The notes below the pieces were generated by a model. It saw only the letters and a list, made by a program, of their open reading frames with translations. It was not told the origin of the DNA and ran no database searches. This document shows, piece by piece, positions 25,033 to 32,000 of a DNA stretch of 32,000 nucleotides. The DNA is from Nostoc punctiforme PCC 73102 (GTDB lineage Bacteria > Cyanobacteriota > Cyanobacteriia > Cyanobacteriales > Nostocaceae): the NCBI RefSeq assembly GCF_000020025.1, contig NC_010628.1, positions 7,110,001-7,142,000 of the forward strand, given 5' to 3'. Numbering within the stretch: the first letter of the stretch is position 1; every line of letters starts with the position of its first letter. The position numbers and the translations under genes are program-made.

Positions 25033-25653
25033 TTATGAATCTGTATTAATCCTAAACAAGGATTGCAACAATCGGGGCACGATTTGATTAACCCGCACCC
25101 CTAAAATTGTGAAATCCTGCTTAATCTTTTCTAAAGATAATGGCTCTATGCCAGCGAATTCTGTGTCATTAGTCACTAAAACTCGCATTACACTCACAGG
25201 TATTTGTAAAAATAGATTGCTGCCTAAAAAGGCTAATCCCGCAAGCACTAGTGCAAGGCTGCGCCATTGTGGAAGGAATTTGGCTGAATCTGCTATTAAT
25301 GGGGCAAATTGGTAAAGATGCCACAGCACCAAAATCGACAATACTGCTGCCACTAATGCCAGGATACGATTTAACTTTGTATTAATTAAACAGAGAATTT
25401 TTCGCTGCCGCTCAGTCAGATTTTCTGGTTTTAGGGCTATTCCTAAAAGAGCGAATATATAAAAAGGGCGACGTAACTGCATCCATAGCAGGGGGAGAAT
25501 ACCAATGGCGGAAACTAAAAATAGCTCCATCCAGACTGGCAAAAACGGCTCGCCTACAGACAAAAATATTAAGCAGAGTACTAAAAAAACAGGCAACGTC
25601 GCCAATCCAGCGACGTGAATCCACAAAATAGGTTCAGAGCGAAATGAATGCAT
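25033..25653 (-). CDS. Conserved cyanobacterial integral membrane protein (206 aa)
   Basis: Track ORF with about 5 TM segments (ILWIHVAGLATLPVFLVLCLIFL, LFLVSAIGILPLLWM, ILALVAAVLSILVLWHL, LALVLAGLAFLGSNLFL). Same strand as infB and immediately downstream of it. Confidence 0.7.
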   Translation of the reverse strand: MHSFRSEPILWIHVAGLATLPVFLVLCLIFLSVGEPFLPVWMELFLVSAIGILPLLWMQLRRPFYIFALLGIALKPENLTERQRKILCLINTKLNRILALVAAVLSILVLWHLYQFAPLIADSAKFLPQWRSLALVLAGLAFLGSNLFLQIPVSVMRVLVTNDTEFAGIEPLSLEKIKQDFTILGVRVNQIVPRLLQSLFRINTDS

Positions 25654-25666
25654 AATAAAAAGTTAT

Positions 25667-25740
25667 GAGTTAAGAGTTAGGAGCTTGGAATTAGCAGTCT
25701 TTAACTCCTAACTCCTAATTTATTACTCCTAACTTCTAAC
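25667..25740 (-). terminator. Heptamer-repeat (CTCCTAA-type) inverted repeat directly 3' of infB
   Basis: gagttaagagttaggag…ttaactcctaactcctaa…ctcctaacttctaac. In the minus-strand RNA, gagttaGgagttaa pairs with ttaacTcttaactc, giving G-U where the plus strand would have C-A. It starts 17 nt after the infB stop. Confidence 0.5.
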
Positions 25741-25756
25741 CATTTTACCCTTAACA

Positions 25757-28700
25757 CTATCTCGTTAAGGTGAGAGTGCGGCGCTTCGTAACCATCTGAT
25801 AGGATTCGATGATGTCACCTTCGACCCAATCATTGAATTTATCCATACCGACACCGCATTCATAACCGGCGTTGACTTCACGGGCATCTTCTTTCATCCG
25901 TTTTAGGGAATCAAGGACACCTTCATAAATCACCTTACCGCCGCGTCGTACCCTGACTTTGCAGTTGCGAACTAGTTTGCCAGATTGAACGTAGCAACCG
26001 GCAACAGCACCACGGCCGACTGGGAAGACGGCACGCACTTCGGTTTGACCCAAGGGTTCTTCCACCAACTCTGGTTCCAAAAGACCTTCCAAGGCATCTT
26101 GAATATCTTCTAGGAGTTTGTAGATGACGTTGTATTCCCGGACATCTACGCCCGCTTCATCGGCGGCTTGTCTAGCGCCACTAGCGAAGGTGGTGTTGAA
26201 GCCAATAATTACAGCGTTACTGGCAGCTGCCAAGTCGATATCTGTCTCGGTGATTTCCCCAGCAGTAGCCAACAGCATCCGAATTTGGACTTCGTTTTGG
26301 GGGATTTGCTTAAGCGCTCCCACAATGGCTTCTACGGAACCTTGTACGTCTCCCTTCAAGATCAAGTTGAGTTCTTTCAACTCGCCTTCTTGTGCTTGAG
26401 CCGATAGGGTTGTGAGTGTAACACGACCCTGTAACAGGCGGGATAGGCGTTGTCTGTCTGCGCGATCGCTAGCGAGGGATCTGGCTTCTTTCTCGTTCTG
26501 GAAGACCTCGAACTCGTCGCCTGCTGCTGGCACATCACTTAACCCCAATACCTCGACAGCAAAGGAAGGAGAAGCGATATCCACTCTCTTGCCTCTGTCA
26601 TCTACCATCGCCCGGACTTTACCGAAGGCCGAGCCAGCTACTAAGATATCTCCCACATGCAGGGTGCCATTCTGAATTAGCAGGGTAGCAACTGCTCCCT
26701 TGGCTTTATCCAGATGTGCTTCAATGACAGTTCCTTTGGCGGTACGATCTGGGTTAGCAGATAGTTCTCCAACTTCTGCTACCAAGAGAATCATTTCTAA
26801 GAGCGTATCCAGATTTTCACCTCTGATGGCGCTCACGGGAACCATAATTGTCTCACCACCCCAATCTTCTGCGGTCAGACCATACTGGGTCAGTTCTTGT
26901 TTCACCCGCTCTGGCTGTGCCCCTTCTTTATCAATCTTGTTGATTGCAACAACAATTGGCACTCCCGCAGCTTGAGCGTGGCTAATAGCTTCAATGGTTT
27001 GGGGACGGACACCATCATCAGCAGCCACTACTAACACGGCAATGTCTGTTACCCGAGCTCCTCTAGCCCGCATTGCTGTAAAGGCTTCGTGACCAGGGGT
27101 ATCCAGGAAGACTATCTGCTGTGGTTTGCCCTCATGTACCACATCCACATGGTACGCACCAATGTGCTGAGTGATACCGCCAGCTTCGCCAGCAGCCACT
27201 TTGGTTTTGCGGATTGAGTCGAGCAGGGTTGTTTTACCGTGGTCTACGTGACCCATAATTGTCACGACAGGCGGACGGCGATGAAGATATTCTTGGTCTT
27301 CTGCGCCGACCATTTCCGTAATTTTCCGAGCTTCAGCTTCTCGCTCGACGGTTTCGACTTCTATTTCTAGTTCTTTTCCTACCAGGGTAATTGTGGGAAT
27401 ATCCAGATTTTGGGTGATACTCACCGCCATGCCTTTGAGGAACAGGATTTTGACAATCTCTGTATCAGGAACGGCTAAAACGTCGGACAGTTCTTGTACA
27501 GTTAACGGCCCTGTGATCGTCACCTTTTCGGGACGATCGCGCTTTGTATCAGCTTCTTGTTGGCGACGGTTATTATGATGGTCGCGGTTAGAACCAGACT
27601 TAGAACCAGGTTTTCTACTTCCTCTAGCAGTTGGGGCGCTAGCAAGGCTTGCACCCGGCATCTGTACAGGTCGAGTCGCTTTTGGTTTGGGAGGACGAGC
27701 GATGGAAAGGCTGACTTGGACGGTTGCTGGTGAGTCGATATCGTCATCATCCAACAAATCTTCTTCAAATTCATCATCCAATATCGGCTTGATCCGCTTG
27801 CCTTTTACGCCAGCTTTAGCCTTCTCTTTAACTTCGTCGATTATTTCCTCTTCTACCCACTTTTTGCCGCCTTTGGTCGGGCGAGGCGGACTTGGGCGTT
27901 TTAAGTCGAGGAGATCGGGTGTAACTGGCTCATCACCCAGTCCTTGAGATTTGCCCGCTATTCCTGACATTTGTCTAGGTGGAGTAGCGATCGGCATTGC
28001 GGCTGCTACAGATTCACCAGGACGCGCTGGTCTGGGTCTTTGCCCCTCTCCTAGTTGTGATGGTGCAGATGGTCGATTGCCTCTCTGCTCTGGTCTGGTG
28101 GGTGCAGGGGTAGGCCTGGCCTGTCTTTGTGGCGCAGATTGTGGAGACTGGTCAGTTGGCAGTTTAGCAACTCTGGGTTTAATCTGTTCGCGATCGCCTT
28201 CAACGGGCCGTAGCCGTTGGTCGCGTTTAAGAATCGGTTTATCTGCTTGAGATACCGGCTCATCTGACACTTGGGCTACTTCTGCTTGGGCTACTTCTGC
28301 CGCCGGTCTTGCCGGAGGGGCAACTAATTGCGGTTTTTGAGGTTTTTCCGATTTCGGTCTCGGTGGAACTACTTTTTCCGGTTTTTGGGATGCTACTTTT
28401 TCCGGTGCCTGACTTGGATTAGGTGTTTGTTCCAAGTCGGTGACAGGAGGTTGCTCTTGAGTCTCAGATTGAGTCCGGGGCACAGGTCGAGTTGGTGCCG
28501 CCGGCTTCATGGGTGAGGCTGGTGTAGCAAAAGGCCGTGGAGGTGAGGGAGGATTAGCTTCAGACAAGGCAGCTTGGGTATTGTTGGCAACTGACGCCTC
28601 TGGGGCGTTGGAGGTAGTATTTCTCAATATTTTGGGTTTGCGTATTTCCAAAATTTGCTGTTTGTGGGGTGCAGCAGGTCGGTTACGTCCGCCGTTTGGT

Positions 28701-28927
28701 GGTGAATTTGGCTTATGGCTGGTTGTACCTAGTTCCTTTTTGGCTGAAACATTCGTAGCTGCGAGCTTTTCTGCTGCCGTGCGGATGTTTTCTGCCTCGG
28801 ATTCTGAAATCGTGCTGCTATGACTTTTGACCGCGATACTGAGCTGGTCGCAAATTGCTAGTAGCTCTTTGTTATCCAAATTCAATTCCTTTGATAATTC
28901 ATAGATTCTAACTTTGCCGTTGGTCAT
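25757..28927 (-). CDS. infB: Translation initiation factor IF-2 (1056 aa)
   Basis: Track ORF. The N-terminus is [23 protein letters not shown], followed by a long P/A/Q-rich linker. The G domain has [20 protein letters not shown] and NKID, followed by C-terminal domains. Confidence 0.95.
28271..28300 (-). repeat. Perfect 15 nt tandem duplication inside the infB linker region
   Basis: ttgggctacttctgc x2 encodes [10 protein letters not shown]. Confidence 0.8.
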
Positions 28928-29409
28928 CCACTCTTCCCCTTTAATTTACAGTTTTAGCGGATGGTTGCCTGGTTTGCGACATCTCCATCCTTGGATTACT
29001 GTTTTTAGACCGCCGTTTAGTTTTTGCCGGTGCCTCCAATCAGGAAAGAGAGATGTTTCGGTTTAATAATGGCATCCCCACCAGGAATGATGGTTGAGGG
29101 ACACCCATAAAAATTTTTTAAATAAAAGATTTTTATAGGAATCCTTGACGCCGAACTGCGCCTGAGCGCTACCAGGTTGCCATTTTGTAGTTTCTTGTTT
29201 TGTTGATTCTGAATCTTCCACAACACAATCGATTACATCTTGTTCTGGGAATCTTGCCTCGCCTCTCTTAAATTATTGGAGAGTCGAATGCTTTTTACAC
29301 CCATTTACTATTTTGGCACTAACCTTAACGATCAACAGCGGGTGTGATGAAAGCACGACTTCGGCTTTCGCACAATTCCTCTGGTGATGATGTCACAAAG
29401 TTGTTCCAA

Positions 29410-29679
29410 TTAAATTTGGTTTTGGGTATTGCTGCTGGCTAGACGTTGCGACAAGCTTTGGTACAGTGTTTCTGGCACTGATGCATGTAGCGATCGCCCT
29501 AGTCGATTTTTTTTTTGAGCCGCTTGTAAGCAACTCGTTTGCGGACAAATGTAGGCAGAACGCCCCATGCCCCGATCTAATTGTACCTTTCCCGATGGAA
29601 AGACGCGGACAATCCGCCAAAACTCATCTTTTGAGCCTACTTTCCGGCAACTAATACAGCGCCGATAATTTGGTTTCAT
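29410..29679 (-). CDS. ylxR: YlxR/RnpM-family (DUF448) protein (89 aa)
   Basis: Track ORF. RRCISCRKV…RIVR…GRSAYICP…C…A.KKN.L.R.L is the DUF448 signature, and it occupies the canonical position between nusA and infB. Confidence 0.88.
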   Translation of the reverse strand: MKPNYRRCISCRKVGSKDEFWRIVRVFPSGKVQLDRGMGRSAYICPQTSCLQAAQKKNRLGRSLHASVPETLYQSLSQRLASSNTQNQI

Positions 29680-29827
29680 CAGTTTTCTGCGATCTCAGTC
29701 CAGCATTCTGGGTGTAAAAATGAGTTTTTTATCACTATTTTTTACTTATACCAAGGTGTCTTTCAGGAAATAATCCTTAAGACTCGGACTACAATCAACA
29801 TTATCAAAACTTTACAAGGTTAATCAA

Positions 29828-31105
29828 TTATTCGTCATCGTTATTGTCAAAACTATCCTCCTCTTCTAATTCGTCCTGATTTTCATCTTCTAATTCTTCG
29901 TCTAATTCAAGATCATCTTCCTCTGTCTGATATTTTGCTCTGACGGCGGTAAATTTCTCATCTTCTCCGGCATAGTCGTATTTAGCTTTGTCTTTGATGT
30001 CTATTTTCCAACCAGTCAGGCGGGCTGCCAAACGGACGTTTTGTCCTTCTTTCCCAATAGCTAAACTTAATTGATCTTCAGCCACGAGTACGTGAGTTTG
30101 CCGGGATTCTGGGTCCATGAGGCGTACTTCATCCACCCGTGCTGGACTTAAAGCATTAGCGATGTATGTTGCTGGGTCTGGCGACCAGCGAATTACATCT
30201 ATTTTTTCACCGCGTAATTCGTTGACTACCACTTGAATTCGCGATCCCCTGGCTCCGATACAAGCACCAACTGGATCGACATCGCGATCGAGGGTATCTA
30301 CTGCTATTTTAGTCCGGGGACCGACATAACGGGAGGGGGGGTTTGCCTCCCTTGCTACGGCAACAATCCGTACCACTTCATCTTCGATTTCTGGGACTTC
30401 GTTGGCAAACAGGTAAACCACTAAACCTGCATCAGCACGAGACACCAGCAACTGTGGCCCTCGTTGTTGACCTTGGGAAACTTTTTTCAGATATACCTTG
30501 AAGGTGGCATTTGCCCGATAATTATCGTTAGGCAACTGTTCCCGCTTCGGTAATTCGGCTTCTACTTCTGGCTGACCAAAGCCACTGCTAACTGCCAAAA
30601 CCACAGATTGCCGCTCAAACCGTAGGACTCTTGCTTGCAAAACAGTTCCTTCTAAATCTTGGAACTCTTCTTGCACCATCTGGCGCTGTTGATCCCGTAA
30701 TTTTTGCGCCAATACTTGCTTGGTTTGCATTGCCGCCATCCGACCAAATTCTCCTTGATCGGGAGTCACATCTAGCACAACAGAGTCCCCTAACTGCGCT
30801 TCGGGAGCTACTTGTTGAACTTCGTCTAGAGAAATCTGATGGTCTGTGTTATTTACTTCTTCAACGATGGTTTTGGTGGAAAGAACGCGAAATCCCTCTC
30901 CGTCAATATCGAGTTCTACTTCAAAATTTTCAAAATAATCTTCGTCAAACTGTTTTCGCTCTAAATTTTGGGCGCGACGATAACGTTCGTAGCCTTTTAA
31001 TAGTGCTTCTCTAATAGCTGATTGAACTGCAAGACGGGGTAAATTCCGCTCACGACTTATACTTTCAATTAATTCTTTTAATCCAGGTAAAGTAACCATT
31101 GACAT
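29828..31105 (-). CDS. nusA: Transcription termination/antitermination factor NusA (425 aa from ATG 31105)
   Basis: Track ORF with S1 and tandem KH domains (…LAIGKEGQNVRLAARLTGWKIDI) and an acidic C-terminal tail. GGAG lies 8 nt upstream of ATG 31105, so the TTG at 31111 is unlikely. Confidence 0.93.
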   Translation of the reverse strand: MSMVTLPGLKELIESISRERNLPRLAVQSAIREALLKGYERYRRAQNLERKQFDEDYFENFEVELDIDGEGFRVLSTKTIVEEVNNTDHQISLDEVQQVAPEAQLGDSVVLDVTPDQGEFGRMAAMQTKQVLAQKLRDQQRQMVQEEFQDLEGTVLQARVLRFERQSVVLAVSSGFGQPEVEAELPKREQLPNDNYRANATFKVYLKKVSQGQQRGPQLLVSRADAGLVVYLFANEVPEIEDEVVRIVAVAREANPPSRYVGPRTKIAVDTLDRDVDPVGACIGARGSRIQVVVNELRGEKIDVIRWSPDPATYIANALSPARVDEVRLMDPESRQTHVLVAEDQLSLAIGKEGQNVRLAARLTGWKIDIKDKAKYDYAGEDEKFTAVRAKYQTEEDDLELDEELEDENQDELEEEDSFDNNDDE

Positions 31106-31111
31106 AAGCAA

Positions 31112-31291
31112 TCTCCTTTAAAAAGCAGGGAGTGGGGGCTGAAAACTACGCATTAAATAGAACCAGCGATTAGAGAATAGCTTTACACTAGCCCCTAATC
31201 TCTAGCCCTTAGTCCCGAAACTCTAGGCCCGAAACTCTAGCCTTGAGCGAATGGCACTCTAGCCTGTAATTCCTAAGCCCTAGCCCTTTGT
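31112..31291 (-). repeat. Repeat-rich rimP-nusA spacer (CTAGCC/CTCTAG motifs and a 14 nt tandem repeat)
   Basis: cccgaaactctagg (31214-31227) and cccgaaactctagc (31228-31241), plus scattered ctctagcc / ctagccc units. On the transcript, GGGGCUAG…CAGCCCCC can pair and is followed by CUGCUUUUU just before the nusA SD. Confidence 0.6.
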
Positions 31292-31753
31292 TTATCGGCG
31301 CTCGTCTAGCTGCACCTTAGTAATTAGGGAGCGGGGAATTTCGACTACACGACCTTTTTGGTTTAAGTAAAGTGTTATCTCATCCCGGCGAATCAACTGA
31401 CCAATCCACTCTTGTTGTCCGTCGTAGGGGGGCGTTGTGGAGATAATGACAGGGAATCCTTTAAAGGAAATAAACTCCCTGTCTGTTACCAGTTGCCGCG
31501 AAATACCAGGACTAGACACTTCCAAGACGTATGTATCTGGAACGATTTCCGCAGCATCTAAGGAGGCTTCTAAAGCACGGCTCATCCTCTCACAATCATT
31601 CAATCCGGTGTCTTGCTGAGGATTGCGAATGTCTACCCGCAATACTGGTGGACTTTGGTGAGTGTGAAAAACCACGCCAACCACTTCCAATCCCAGTTCT
31701 TCTGCTACTGGTGTCGCCAAATCAATAATTTGTGGAACTAAAGGATGAGCCAT
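31292..31753 (-). CDS. rimP: Ribosome maturation factor RimP (153 aa from ATG 31753)
   Basis: Track [34 protein letters not shown]…[10 protein letters not shown] is the RimP signature. The upstream extension in the track (to 31834) lacks similarity to RimP N-termini as I know them. Confidence 0.88.
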   Translation of the reverse strand: MAHPLVPQIIDLATPVAEELGLEVVGVVFHTHQSPPVLRVDIRNPQQDTGLNDCERMSRALEASLDAAEIVPDTYVLEVSSPGISRQLVTDREFISFKGFPVIISTTPPYDGQQEWIGQLIRRDEITLYLNQKGRVVEIPRSLITKVQLDERR

Positions 31754-31885
31754 GAGAGAATTCAATAAAAAAAGTGGGCACTGACCCACTTCCTGCGATA
31801 GGTATATCTTCCAAGAAGTCTTGTGACGAATCAATGATGGTTCGCCCTCATTCGAGTTTAGCGCATTTAATGGATAGTCGAGTAT

Positions 31886-32000
31886 GGGGCATTAGGCATT
31901 GGGCATAGAGAAGAGACAAGGGAGACAAGGAAGAGGGAGGAGACAAGGAAGAGACTTGTTCAATAATTTCCCCTTGTCCTCCTTGTCCCCCTTGTCCCCT
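31886..32000. repeat. Heptamer-type low-complexity inverted repeat (GAGACAAGG… / …CCTTGTCC), truncated by the window edge
   Basis: gggcattaggcattgggcat…gagacaagggagacaaggaagagggaggagacaaggaagagac-ttgttcaataatttc-cccttgtcctccttgtcccccttgtcccc. Confidence 0.6.

Noticed and set aside
26124-28823. Many plus-strand ORFs (61-104 aa) antisense to infB, plus minus-strand alternative frames
   Set aside because: These are shadow ORFs in a long, GC-richer, strongly codon-biased gene. Their compositions are Ser/Arg/Gly/Cys-rich with no motifs.
29017-29226. 69-aa ORF between ylxR and infB, in the position of Bacillus ylxQ
   Set aside because: It has a GTG start without SD and an AT-rich low-complexity sequence. 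It bears no resemblance to L7Ae-family proteins. It is treated as non-coding leader/promoter (see finding).
29393-29654. ORFs 29393..29620 (-) and 29466..29654 (+)
   Set aside because: They are alternative-frame and antisense ORFs nested in the ylxR (DUF448) CDS.
30233-31014. Plus-strand ORFs antisense to nusA; also 31437..31728 antisense to rimP
   Set aside because: They are nested antisense in well-supported CDSs.
31754-31834. N-terminal extension of rimP in the track ([27 protein letters not shown])
   Set aside because: The internal ATG at 31753 gives the canonical RimP N-terminus. The extension has no counterpart in RimP as I know it.
381-32000. Possibility that the heptamer and low-complexity repeats represent CRISPR arrays
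   Set aside because: The units are 7 nt tandem or inverted repeats without unique spacers of 25-40 nt, and there are no cas genes. This is not CRISPR.

Overview
This 32 kb segment looks like the chromosome of a filamentous, Nostoc/Anabaena-type cyanobacterium. By eye there are at least two dozen HIP1 (GCGATCGC) copies, Nostoc-style small dispersed repeats (SDRs), heptamer-based hairpins and cyanobacteria-specific DUF genes. Most of it is ordinary core genome. Recognised genes are cysE (5' part), hrcA, ppk, sasA, a tRNA-Thr(CGU), and the rimP-nusA-ylxR-infB operon on the minus strand. There are also a rhodanese, two response regulators (one fused to GGDEF), two SLH-domain envelope proteins, a GDSL lipase with a PEP-CTERM signal, and an M42 peptidase. 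I see no CRISPR array, rRNA gene, intact transposase or recognisable multi-gene defence or biosynthetic cluster, and I cannot honestly point to a clear new system. Six things deserve a second look. (1) A ~1.36 kb group II intron keeps its 5' GUGCG and a textbook domain V, but its reverse-transcriptase ORF is internally deleted and frame-broken. (2) A 1.65 kb ORF-poor divergent spacer lies between sasA and an SLH lipoprotein gene, with palindromes, an SDR and only sub-60-aa ORFs. (3) SDR-like palindromic elements sit in frame inside hrcA and the M42 peptidase gene. (4) Heptamer-repeat hairpins have mismatches that become G-U pairs only on the transcribed strand. (5) The rimP-nusA and ylxR-infB spacers are unusually long and structured. 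(6) The GDSL lipase carries 21 extra residues after its PEP-CTERM signal. Family names come from motif recognition by eye, not from database searches. Start codons are judged from ATG/SD context where stated.
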